From positions 1,984,001 to 2,048,000 of the forward strand of contig OZ220732.1 in the NCBI GenBank assembly GCA_965116905.1: DNA of 64,000 nucleotides, given 5' to 3'. This document shows, piece by piece, positions 18,392-27,223 of the stretch. Within the stretch, counting starts at the first letter, position 1; each line of letters begins with the position of its first letter. The position numbers and the translations under genes were made by a program. The DNA is from Longimicrobiales bacterium. Its GTDB lineage: Bacteria > Gemmatimonadota > Gemmatimonadetes > Longimicrobiales > Gaopeijiaceae. Under the pieces are notes generated by a model, which saw only the letters and a list, made by a program, of their open reading frames with translations, ran no database searches and was not told the DNA's origin.

Positions 18392-19159
18392 ATGACCGGG
18401 CGGGCACCGGACGGTCCCGTCGTGGCGATCGAGACCTCCGGCTGGTTGGGGTCGGTCGCGGTGGCGGTCGGCGGATCCGTCGTGGCGCGCCGTTTTCTGA
18501 CCGAGCGCGCCGGCCACGCGTCCGGACTGATTCCGGCCGTGCAGGAGGTCCTCGAGGAGGGCGGCACCGGTTTGCCGCAGGTCGCGGGTGTGGTCGTCGG
18601 GGCCGGGCCGGGCTCCTTCACCGGGGTCCGGATTGCCGGGGCCGCCGCGAAGGGCCTCGCGTCGGGGCTCGGTGTCCCCCTCTACGCCGCCTCCAGCCTG
18701 CAGGCCGCTTCCTTCGCCGTGGAGGCCTTCGCCGGTGACCCGGAGGCACTCGAAGATGCGATCGCGGATGCGGGGCTGGGAGCGGATGCGGATGGGGACC
18801 GCGGGGTCATCGCCGGAAAGGGCGAGGATCGGGAGGTGCGCTACGTCCTTTTCGACGCGCGAAACGGCCGGGTGTACGGCGCCTGCTACGATGTGGATGC
18901 GAACGGGCCCACAGAGGTTGCGGCACCGCACGGCGGCACGATTCTGGATGTGCTCAACGGACGCCCCCCCCTGGGGACGTGCTTCATGGGAGACGGGGCG
19001 GTGGCGCACGCGGCGCTGATTCACGCCGCCGGCTACGAAATACGGCCGCCCCCTGCCGGGATCGCCCTCGCGGATGCGGTGGTGAAGTGCTGCCGCTGGG
19101 AGCCGGTGGATGTCGCCGACTGGCAGCCCGACTACGTGAGGGAATGGAGATCCGGATGA
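18392..19159 (+). CDS. tsaB: tRNA t6A biosynthesis protein TsaB
   Basis: AIETS, GPGSFTGVRI, DARNGRVY. Confidence 0.95.
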   Translation: MTGRAPDGPVVAIETSGWLGSVAVAVGGSVVARRFLTERAGHASGLIPAVQEVLEEGGTGLPQVAGVVVGAGPGSFTGVRIAGAAAKGLASGLGVPLYAASSLQAASFAVEAFAGDPEALEDAIADAGLGADADGDRGVIAGKGEDREVRYVLFDARNGRVYGACYDVDANGPTEVAAPHGGTILDVLNGRPPLGTCFMGDGAVAHAALIHAAGYEIRPPPAGIALADAVVKCCRWEPVDVADWQPDYVREWRSG

Positions 19160-19614
19160 CCGAGCGGATCTCCGTGCGTCGCGCGATGCGTTCGGACCTT
19201 GCCGCCATCCGCCAGATCGAGGAGTCGTCCTTCTCGCGCCCCTGGAAGGGCGAGACCTTCGACGAGTTGCTCGGAGCGCCCGGGATGGACGTGCTCGTTG
19301 CGGTCGCCGGCGCGGAGGTGGCGGGCTATGCGGTGCTGGCCACCAGGAAACGGGAGGCCGAACTGGCCAACCTGGCCGTGAGCGCCTCGCACCGCGGAGA
19401 AGGCATTGGGCGGGCCCTGCTCGCCCGTGCGCTCGAGGTCTGCCGGGATCGGGGCGCGCGGAGGGCCCTGTTGGCGGTGCGGGCCTCCAACCGGGGAGCG
19501 ATCCGTCTGTATCTGCGGCACGGGTTCAGGGCCATCGGCAGTCACGGTTCCTACTACGAGGATCCCTCGGAAGACGCCTGCATCATGGTGCTCGACCTGC
19601 GCAAGGGAAGCTGA
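19156..19614 (+). CDS. rimI: Ribosomal protein S18 alanine N-acetyltransferase
   Basis: GNAT motifs NLAVSASHRGEGIG, VRASN, YYEDPSEDA; follows tsaB. Confidence 0.9.
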   Translation: MTERISVRRAMRSDLAAIRQIEESSFSRPWKGETFDELLGAPGMDVLVAVAGAEVAGYAVLATRKREAELANLAVSASHRGEGIGRALLARALEVCRDRGARRALLAVRASNRGAIRLYLRHGFRAIGSHGSYYEDPSEDACIMVLDLRKGS

Positions 19615-19671
19615 CCGGGGGTTCTCGTTTTCCGGCGAGCGGCTAACTTTCGACGCAGGTACTGCAACCGA

Positions 19672-20652
19672 ATGGAGATGATGCCCGAGGACGGCCGAAA
19701 GGTCCTGGTCACCGGCGGCGCCGGTTTCATCGGGAGTCATGTCGCCGACGCCCACCTGGAGCGGGGCGATCGCGTCTGGGTCGTCGACGATCTTTCTTCC
19801 GGGCGGCTGGACAACGTGCCGCCGGACGCCGAGTTCCACCGGATCGACATCGGGGACCCCGAGGTGGGCGAGCTCATCCGCGATGTGGGCTTCGATCTCA
19901 TCAACCACCACGCGGCCCAGATCGACGTGCGCCGCTCCGTGGCCGATCCGCTCCTGGACGCCCGGGCCAACATCCTCGGGCTGGTGAACATTCTGGAGGC
20001 CGCGCGACAGGCCGGGACGCGGCGGGTCGTGTTCGTTTCGAGCGGGGGCGTCGTCTATGGCGAGCCCGACGTGCTTCCGACGCCGGAGAGCGCGCCCAAA
20101 TCACCGCTCTCTCCCTACGGGATCTCCAAGCTCGCGGGCGAGTACTATCTGAACTACTACAGGGAGGTCCACGGGATGGACTACGTGGCCCTCCGTTACG
20201 GCAACGTCTACGGGCCTCGACAGGATCCCCTGGGTGAGGCCGGGGTCGTGGCCATCTTCGCGAACCGCCTTCTGGAGGGGGAACCGCTGGGCATTCACGG
20301 CGATGGAGAACAGACGAGGGACTACGTCTACGTGGGCGACGTGGCGCGCGCCAACCTGACAGCCGCGGAGATGGAGCTGCCGGCGACGGGGGGACTGGAC
20401 GCGAGGGCGTTCAACGTGGCCACGGGAGTCGGAACCAGTGTGAACGAACTCGCGCGCGCACTGGAGGAGGTCGCCGGGACCCGCACGGGAAGGCTGTCCT
20501 GGGACGCGCGGCCGGGTGAACTTCGGCACAGCGTGCTTGCCGTCGGCCGGATCGCGCGGCGGGGCTGGACGCCGGCGCTCGACCTTCGCGGGGGCCTTGC
20601 CGAGACCTTCCGGCACATCGCGGCCCGACACGCGGTGGCACGCGTCGGATGA
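19672..20652 (+). CDS. NAD-dependent epimerase/dehydratase (UDP-glucose 4-epimerase-like)
   Basis: TGGAGFIGS, YGISK, RYGNVYGPRQ. Confidence 0.93.
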   Translation: MEMMPEDGRKVLVTGGAGFIGSHVADAHLERGDRVWVVDDLSSGRLDNVPPDAEFHRIDIGDPEVGELIRDVGFDLINHHAAQIDVRRSVADPLLDARANILGLVNILEAARQAGTRRVVFVSSGGVVYGEPDVLPTPESAPKSPLSPYGISKLAGEYYLNYYREVHGMDYVALRYGNVYGPRQDPLGEAGVVAIFANRLLEGEPLGIHGDGEQTRDYVYVGDVARANLTAAEMELPATGGLDARAFNVATGVGTSVNELARALEEVAGTRTGRLSWDARPGELRHSVLAVGRIARRGWTPALDLRGGLAETFRHIAARHAVARVG

Positions 20653-21359
20653 GCGCGCCTCTGCAGGACCTCCGGACTCCGCAGGACATCCCGGACATGA
20701 TTCTGGGGGCCAGTCCCCCGACCCACGTGGTGCTGGCCGTCCTGGCGCTCTTCTCGGTCCTCTCGCTTTGGGTGATTCTGGCCAAGGTCCGACGGTTCCG
20801 CTCAGTCCGCCGCGAGGGCGACGAGTTCCTCGCCCGGCTCGACCGCGTCAACGGCCTTGGAGAGGCTTCGGAGGCCGTGCTCACGCTGCCGGAGTCCCCC
20901 TACACCCGCCTCTTTCGCGCGGGCCTGAACTTCTTTGCGGAGTTGAATCCCGGCGCCCTCGGAGGCTCGGGCCGCGCCACCGGACTGTCGCTGACGCAGC
21001 TGGAGGCGCTGCGCCTGGTCATGGACAAGGTCGAGGCGGAGGAGGTGGACGAGCTCGGCCACGGCCTGAACTGGCTCGCCATCATCGGGTCGGTCTCGCC
21101 GCTGCTGGGCCTGATGGGCACGGTCATCGGCATCATGAACACGTTCCTGGGCATCACGACCTCTGCGTCCACCAACATCAGCGCGGTGGCCCCCGGGGTG
21201 GCCGAGGCCCTGATCACGACCGTTGCCGGCCTGTCCGTCGCGATTCCCTCGGTGATCGCGTACAACCACTTCGCGTCGCGCCTCAACCTCGTTCTCGGTG
21301 AGCTGGAAGGGTTCGCCAGCGAGTTCATCGGGACTCTGGCCAAGGAACGCCACGTATGA
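20649..21359 (+). CDS. tolQ: TolQ/ExbB proton channel
   Basis: SPLLGLMGTVIGI, APGVAEALITT; tol-pal context. Confidence 0.9.
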   Translation: MSAPLQDLRTPQDIPDMILGASPPTHVVLAVLALFSVLSLWVILAKVRRFRSVRREGDEFLARLDRVNGLGEASEAVLTLPESPYTRLFRAGLNFFAELNPGALGGSGRATGLSLTQLEALRLVMDKVEAEEVDELGHGLNWLAIIGSVSPLLGLMGTVIGIMNTFLGITTSASTNISAVAPGVAEALITTVAGLSVAIPSVIAYNHFASRLNLVLGELEGFASEFIGTLAKERHV

Positions 21360-21772
21360 GGAGGCGGGGGGGAAGCCGCGGCCGGCTGCCGGTGCGCTCG
21401 GAGATCAACGTGACGAGCCTGGTCGACGTGGCCTTCACCCTCTTGGTCATCTTCATCATCACGGCCCCGGTGCTGCAGGGCGGCGTCGAGGTCAACGTGC
21501 CGGAGGGGCACGTGGACGTCGTTGAGGCGTCGGACGACATGGTCAGGGTCGTCGTGCGGGAAGACAACACGGTGTTCGTGGGGGAGGCCCAGGTCGCGGA
21601 GGCGGATCTCGAGGAGATCCTGACACGGATCATTCAGGAGAATGGTGCGGACATGGTCTACCTGTGGGGCGACTCGCTGGCGATGTACGGACGCGTCGCG
21701 GCGGCGATCAGCGCCGTGGCCGCACAGGAGGGCGTCGGGCTTTCCCTGATCCTTCAGGAGATCCGCCGATGA
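21356..21772 (+). CDS. tolR: TolR/ExbD
   Basis: EINVTSLVDVAFTLLVIFIITAP. Confidence 0.9.
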   Translation: MRRRGGSRGRLPVRSEINVTSLVDVAFTLLVIFIITAPVLQGGVEVNVPEGHVDVVEASDDMVRVVVREDNTVFVGEAQVAEADLEEILTRIIQENGADMVYLWGDSLAMYGRVAAAISAVAAQEGVGLSLILQEIRR

Positions 21773-22536
21773 CCGGCCCGTCCTCTTCCGGCCCGTCCGC
21801 CTCGGGCCCGTCCTCCTCCGGCCGGGATGAGAAGAAGGCGCGCAAGCGACTCGGGAGGAAGCCTCTGGGGCTGTCCCTGTCGATCCATTTGGCAATTTTT
21901 GTCATTCTCTTCTGGGTGATCCCGGCGCTCCAGCCCGAATCGCTGTTCTACGAGGTCGTCGAGATCAACATGGTCGCCGCCGCCCCGGAGCCGGAGGACC
22001 AGCTGATCGTCGAGACTCCGGACGATCCGGAGCCCCAGGAGGAGTCGCCGCTGCCCGAGCCCGAGCCGGAGCCGGAGCCTGAGCCCGAGCCGGACTCGCT
22101 CGAGACGCCGCCCGCCGAAGAGGAACCGCCTCCGGAGACCGAGACGGTCTCGACCACGGCCCCGGAACCGGAGGACGGCGATGACGAGGTCACGGCACGG
22201 ATCGAAGGGTTTCGGCGGGACTTTCCCGAGTACTACGAGCGCATCACCAATCAGATCAGGCGCTGTTTCCGGCCTCCGGACACGGGGCTAAGGGATGTCG
22301 TGGTGCGCTTTTTCGTCCAGCGGGACGGGACCACCACCGACATCGGCATCATGTCCTCCTCGGGCAGCTTTTCGTTCGATACGGCCGCCGAGGCGGCGAT
22401 CGAATGCGCGGGTCAGCCGGGGCGTCTGGGGCCGTTGCCCGACGAGTACCGCTATCCGGTGCTTCCGATCAACTACACCATCAGCCCGAGAGAAGGCTTC
22501 ATGTTGCTGCTGCAGCAGTTGGGAGGTACCGAATGA
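21769..22536 (+). CDS. TolA/TonB-like protein
   Basis: SLSIH TM anchor, PEPEPE linker, TonB_C-like SSGSFSFDTAA. Confidence 0.85.
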   Translation: MTGPSSSGPSASGPSSSGRDEKKARKRLGRKPLGLSLSIHLAIFVILFWVIPALQPESLFYEVVEINMVAAAPEPEDQLIVETPDDPEPQEESPLPEPEPEPEPEPEPDSLETPPAEEEPPPETETVSTTAPEPEDGDDEVTARIEGFRRDFPEYYERITNQIRRCFRPPDTGLRDVVVRFFVQRDGTTTDIGIMSSSGSFSFDTAAEAAIECAGQPGRLGPLPDEYRYPVLPINYTISPREGFMLLLQQLGGTE

Positions 22537-23912
22537 CTCGGCGCGGTGGGTGGGTGCCGGCGCGAATCGCGGCACTGACCGTCCCTCTCCTGGCGTGGGG
22601 CACCGGGAGTGCGGCCCAGGAGGAGGAAGCCGCGATTCCGGGGGTCTCGCTGGGGTTCGTCTACGAGGGCGAGCGCATCCCGCCCATCGCCATCCGCCCG
22701 TTCACCGGGGGTGGGCCGGCCGCGGACATCGCGTCCATCATCGCAACGGATCTGGACTACAGTGACCGTTTCTTCGTAAGGGACTCGCTGCCCGCCGGGG
22801 TGGATGCCGACGGTGTCCAATACAGTCTCTGGGATCAGTACGGAGTCGACTGGCTGCTCACCGGCAGCATCGACAGCGAGGACGGGGTCGCCTTTCTGGA
22901 TGTCGAACTCCACGACATCGTCTTCAGCAGCATTCGCTCGCGTGCCCGATTCCCGATCCCGCCCCCCGGACATGAGGGGTTCCGTCTCGCAATCCACCAG
23001 ATCTCGGACGCCGTGGTCGAGTGGGTGCACGGCGATCCGGGAATGGCCGCGAGTCGCATCGTCTTCTCGATGAGGCCGTTCGGGAACCCGGACAGCAAGG
23101 AGCTGTACGTCGTCGATTCGGACGGCGAGGGTTTGCGGCGGGTGACCTGGGACGACGACCTGGCGGTGTCCCCGGCCTGGTCCCCCGACGGGACGCACAT
23201 CGCCTATACCTCGTTCAAGTCCGGTCTGCCCAGGATCTACGAGCTGAACCTCGCGGACGGCAGCGAACGCACGGTGGACGGCGGGAGTCCCGGGGGACAG
23301 CAGTTCTCTCCCTCCTACCACCCCGATGGAGACCGCATCGCCTTCTGGACCCTCGACCCGGGAGGCACGAAGGGGATTTCGACGTACAACATCCGCGACG
23401 GCTGCTGCTTGACCCGCCTGATCAGCGGACACCACCAGAATATCCAGCCGTCGTACTCCCCCGACGGAAGCAGAATGGTATTCCTCTCCAACCGTCTGGG
23501 CTCGCAGACGCCCCAGATCTACGTCATGCCGGGCGAGGGAGGCGACGCCGAACTCCTGTCGCCGTACAGGTACGGGCAGGGCGGCTACTTCGCCGACCCG
23601 GACTGGTCGCCCACGGCCGACATGGTGGCCTTTGCCGGCGGCATCGTCGATCAGCGAGTGTACAACCAGTACGACATCTTCGTCCGCGACATCGAGAGTC
23701 CCGACAACCGCATCGTGCGGCTCACCACCGAGGGCAACAACGAGGACCCCAGCTGGGCGCCCGATGGCAGACACCTCGTGTTCGCCGGAGTGCGAAGCTA
23801 CGGGTACGGGGTCTTCGTGGTGGACACGGCGACCGGCCGCACCCGCCTTCTGGTCGCGGGGGTGCGCGCGGAGGACACGGACTGGTCGCCCGGGCTCTCG
23901 TGGGCCCGGTGA
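22533..23912 (+). CDS. tolB: TolB beta-propeller
   Basis: PD40 repeats SPAWSPDG, PSYSPDG, PSWAPDG; upstream of pal. Confidence 0.9.
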   Translation: MTRRGGWVPARIAALTVPLLAWGTGSAAQEEEAAIPGVSLGFVYEGERIPPIAIRPFTGGGPAADIASIIATDLDYSDRFFVRDSLPAGVDADGVQYSLWDQYGVDWLLTGSIDSEDGVAFLDVELHDIVFSSIRSRARFPIPPPGHEGFRLAIHQISDAVVEWVHGDPGMAASRIVFSMRPFGNPDSKELYVVDSDGEGLRRVTWDDDLAVSPAWSPDGTHIAYTSFKSGLPRIYELNLADGSERTVDGGSPGGQQFSPSYHPDGDRIAFWTLDPGGTKGISTYNIRDGCCLTRLISGHHQNIQPSYSPDGSRMVFLSNRLGSQTPQIYVMPGEGGDAELLSPYRYGQGGYFADPDWSPTADMVAFAGGIVDQRVYNQYDIFVRDIESPDNRIVRLTTEGNNEDPSWAPDGRHLVFAGVRSYGYGVFVVDTATGRTRLLVAGVRAEDTDWSPGLSWAR

Positions 23913-24113
23913 TGGTGTGGGGACCGGCGGAGCGGGCCTCGAGACCGAACCGCGAGACGCCTGGTGAACGTCGTGTTCAGGTGCCGCGAACACTTGCAAA
24001 ATCCGAAGAAATCGCGTAAATACATCGCGTGTATACAACCGAGCGCGTATGTACAGCCCGACCCGGGACTGGCTCCCCGCCGGGACTTTTACCTCCACCA
24101 CACGGGAGATGGG

Positions 24114-24701
24114 ATGTCTAAATCACGGCTCATCCTCGCTGCCTGCGCAACAGTGCTCATCGCCACCGCCTGTCGGCCGGATCCCCCGCCCCCCGATCCC
24201 GCGCCAACCGGCCCGACTGCCGAAGAACTGGAGCGGATGAGGCAGGATTCGATCCGCGCGGCAGAGGAAGCCGCAAGGCGGGAGCAGGAGCGACTGGAAC
24301 GGGAGGCGGCGGCCGCGCGGGAACGGGCCGCGGCAGCGGCACGGCGCACGCTCATGGAGACGGTCTACTTCGACTATGACGAAGCGACCATCCGGCCCGA
24401 CACCGAGGAAAGACTCCGGGCCAAGCTGGAAATCCTGCGGAACAATTCCGACGTTCGCCTGCGCATGGAGGGTCACGCCGACGAGCGGGGCACCTCGGAA
24501 TACAACTTTGCGCTGGGGAACGATCGCGCCGAGTCGGTGATTCGGTTCCTGACCGGATTCGGGCTCGACATGGGCCGGTTCTCCTCGGTTTCGTACGGCG
24601 AGGAACGACCGGTGGCGCAGGGATCCACCGAAGCCGCGTGGGCCCAGAACCGCAGAGTCGAATTCGTGATTACCGCGGGCGGCAACGACCTGGGACGGTA
24701 G
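24114..24701 (+). CDS. pal: Peptidoglycan-associated lipoprotein
   Basis: ATAC lipobox, VYFDYD, GHADERGTSEYN, SYGEERP, NRRVEF. Confidence 0.95.
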   Translation: MSKSRLILAACATVLIATACRPDPPPPDPAPTGPTAEELERMRQDSIRAAEEAARREQERLEREAAAARERAAAAARRTLMETVYFDYDEATIRPDTEERLRAKLEILRNNSDVRLRMEGHADERGTSEYNFALGNDRAESVIRFLTGFGLDMGRFSSVSYGEERPVAQGSTEAAWAQNRRVEFVITAGGNDLGR

Positions 24702-24708
24702 GGCGGGT

Positions 24709-25626
24709 TTGACGGAACCGCCGGGACGACGTGCAGAGAGCCGTGCCGGTGGTCGCGCCGGTGGCCCCATGGACTTGTGGCTCGCCCGTGCGTCTGCAGG
24801 CGCCCGAGCGGGAAGGACCAGGCAATTGACGGTGCGGAATTCCACGGCTGCGAAATGGGTCGGCATCGCACTGCTCGGATCATCGCTGGCCGCGTGCGCG
24901 ACCAAGACGGATTTCCGGAATCTCGAGTCCGAAGTCCGTGCCCTCGCGGCGCGGCAGGACACCGCCACCCTGGCGTTGCAACGAGTCCAACGGGTGAACC
25001 GGACGGTGATCGATTCCGTGGGGGCGCTGTCGGAGTCGTTGTTCGAGTTCAGGGGTGACGTCAGCAATCGGCTGCTCTCGATTCAGGACCAGCTTCTGCT
25101 CCTCGGCGAGCTCGTGGGCCAGAGCCAGCGGAGCCTGGCCACCATGCGCGAGGAGCTCATCGCGCAGCGGCAGCAGCTCGAGGACCGCTTGAGCGCGCGG
25201 GGCGAGCCGGGAGACACGCTCGAGGTGGTCGGCGGGGAGGCCGGAGAGCAGGACGCCGCCGACGTGGCCTTCGCGTCCCTGCAGACGGAGCTCGACCGGG
25301 GGAACCTCAACACCGCACGGAGGGGCTTCGAGCGCTTCATCTCGATGTACCCCAACAGCGAATTTGCGCCATCCGCCCACCTGCACCTCGGCGAACTGCT
25401 GAGTGGCGAGGAGCGCCTGGAGGAAGCGGTGGCGATGTATCTCGAAGTGCCCAGGCTCTTCCCCACTGCCGAAGAGGTCCCCGACGCGCTGTACCGTGCC
25501 GGCGTGCTGAGCATCGAGTTGAACGACTTCGAGCAGGCCCGCCAGCTGTTGGAGCGCCTCGTCAATACCTACCCGGGCCATCGCTACGTGGAGCAGGCCC
25601 GGGAACGGCTGCAGGGCATTCCCTGA
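24709..25626 (+). CDS. cpoB: Cell division coordinator CpoB/YbgF (true start probably later)
   Basis: LAAC lipobox, coiled coil, TPR repeats; directly after pal. Confidence 0.8.
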   Translation: MTEPPGRRAESRAGGRAGGPMDLWLARASAGARAGRTRQLTVRNSTAAKWVGIALLGSSLAACATKTDFRNLESEVRALAARQDTATLALQRVQRVNRTVIDSVGALSESLFEFRGDVSNRLLSIQDQLLLLGELVGQSQRSLATMREELIAQRQQLEDRLSARGEPGDTLEVVGGEAGEQDAADVAFASLQTELDRGNLNTARRGFERFISMYPNSEFAPSAHLHLGELLSGEERLEEAVAMYLEVPRLFPTAEEVPDALYRAGVLSIELNDFEQARQLLERLVNTYPGHRYVEQARERLQGIP

Positions 25627-25636
25627 CGGGATCCCG

Positions 25637-26203
25637 ATGACTTGCCCGGCCTGCGAATCCGGGTCCAGCAAGGTCGTCGACACCAGGGCGGCCAAGGGTG
25701 GCCGGGCCATCCGTCGACGCCGCGAATGCCTCGGTTGCGGACAACGGTTCACGACCTATGAGCGCGTCGAGGAACGCGCCGTGCGCGTGGTCAAGCGCGA
25801 CGGGAGCGCCGAGGACTTCCAGCGCGACAAACTGGAGGCGGGGATCGCGACCGCCTGCGCCAAGCGTCCGGTGTCGCCGGCGGAGATCGAGGCCCTCCTG
25901 AACCGCATCGAAGACAACGTAATGGGGTCGGCGCGCGTCGAAATACAGTCGCGCGTGATCGGCGAGCAGGTCATGGAGGGGTTGAAGCCGCTCGACCGGG
26001 TGGCGTATGTACGCTATGCCTCCGTGTATCGGAACTTTCAGCACATCGACGAATTTCAGGAAGTCGTGGACGAACTCACCGTGAGAGACCAGCGCGATCA
26101 CCGGCGGCGCTTCCAGCGTGAACTGCCGCTCGCGGGTGGCGAAGACCTGGCGGGTGGCGAAGACCTGGCGGATGGCGAAGACCTGGTGGGAGAGCGGCCA
26201 TGA
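25637..26203 (+). CDS. nrdR: Transcriptional repressor NrdR
   Basis: CPAC, IRRRRECLGCGQRFTTYE, ATP-cone, AYVRYASVY. Confidence 0.97.
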   Translation: MTCPACESGSSKVVDTRAAKGGRAIRRRRECLGCGQRFTTYERVEERAVRVVKRDGSAEDFQRDKLEAGIATACAKRPVSPAEIEALLNRIEDNVMGSARVEIQSRVIGEQVMEGLKPLDRVAYVRYASVYRNFQHIDEFQEVVDELTVRDQRDHRRRFQRELPLAGGEDLAGGEDLADGEDLVGERP

Positions 26204-27216
26204 ACAGGCTGCGTGACGGCCTCCTTTCGCGCGGGCGCCGCAACCCGAAGGCCGAGATGCCCTTCCTGGACCACCTGGAAGAACTGCGCTGGCGCCTTCT
26301 GCGGAGCCTGGTGGCGATTGTGGCGGGCTTCGCCATCGGCATGGCGCTGATGACGATGCTGGATGTGTTGGAAATACTGCTCGAGCCGGGTCGGGCCATC
26401 TTCGGGGCGGACTGGGAACCCCAGGTCCTTGCGCCCACGGACACCTTCTTCATCCTCCTCAAGGTGTCCCTCACGATCGGGCTGATCCTGGCGTCGCCCA
26501 CGATCATCTACCAGACCTGGGCCTTCCTGGCCCCCGCGCTGGAAGCGCACGAGAAGAGGGCGATCATTCCGGCGCTCTACATGGGGACGGTGCTGTTCGT
26601 GGGCGGTGTCGTTCTGGCGTACTTCGTCCTGCCGATCTCGTTGCGCTTCCTCACCGGCCTCCTGACGGGGCTCGTGGAACACAACTGGACCTTCAGTCTG
26701 TACATGGGGTTCGTGGTCAAGCTCCTGCTCGCCTTCGGCATCCTCTTCGAGCTTCCCGTGGTGGTGCTGGTGCTGAGCGTACTTGGCCTGGTCACGCCCG
26801 CGTTCCTCCGGTCCAAGCGCCGGCACGCGATCGTCATCATCGCGACCCTGGCGGCGCTCCTGTCGCCGGGCGACGTAATCGTCGTCACGGTCATCATGAT
26901 GGTGCCGATCTACCTGCTCTTCGAACTCAGCATCCTGATGTCGGTGATGATCTGGCGCCGCCGCGAGCAGCGGGAGAGCGCACGCGAGCCGGAAGCGGGT
27001 GGCACCGTGGCCCCCGAGGAGCCCGACCCGCCGCCGGGCGCCGAGCCCACCCCGTACGACCATGGTGACCCTGCCCGCGAGGAAGACAGCCATGAGCCGC
27101 AAGACGGCCATCAGCCGCGGGGTTCGGACGATGCCGATGCCGATGCCGATGCCGATGCCGATGCCGATGCCGACGCCGACGCCGGGGGAGACTCGACTCC
27201 GGACGGCGAGGAGTAG
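26200..27216 (+). CDS. tatC: Twin-arginine translocase TatC with acidic tail
   Basis: EMPFLDHLEELRWR, FLAPAL, FELP. Confidence 0.96.
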   Translation: MNRLRDGLLSRGRRNPKAEMPFLDHLEELRWRLLRSLVAIVAGFAIGMALMTMLDVLEILLEPGRAIFGADWEPQVLAPTDTFFILLKVSLTIGLILASPTIIYQTWAFLAPALEAHEKRAIIPALYMGTVLFVGGVVLAYFVLPISLRFLTGLLTGLVEHNWTFSLYMGFVVKLLLAFGILFELPVVVLVLSVLGLVTPAFLRSKRRHAIVIIATLAALLSPGDVIVVTVIMMVPIYLLFELSILMSVMIWRRREQRESAREPEAGGTVAPEEPDPPPGAEPTPYDHGDPAREEDSHEPQDGHQPRGSDDADADADADADADADADAGGDSTPDGEE

Positions 27217-27223
27217 CGGGCGC

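Noticed and set aside
23994..24022. TTGCAA-17-TAAATA promoter before pal
   Set aside because: Plausible, but the -10 lacks the conserved final T; too weak to call
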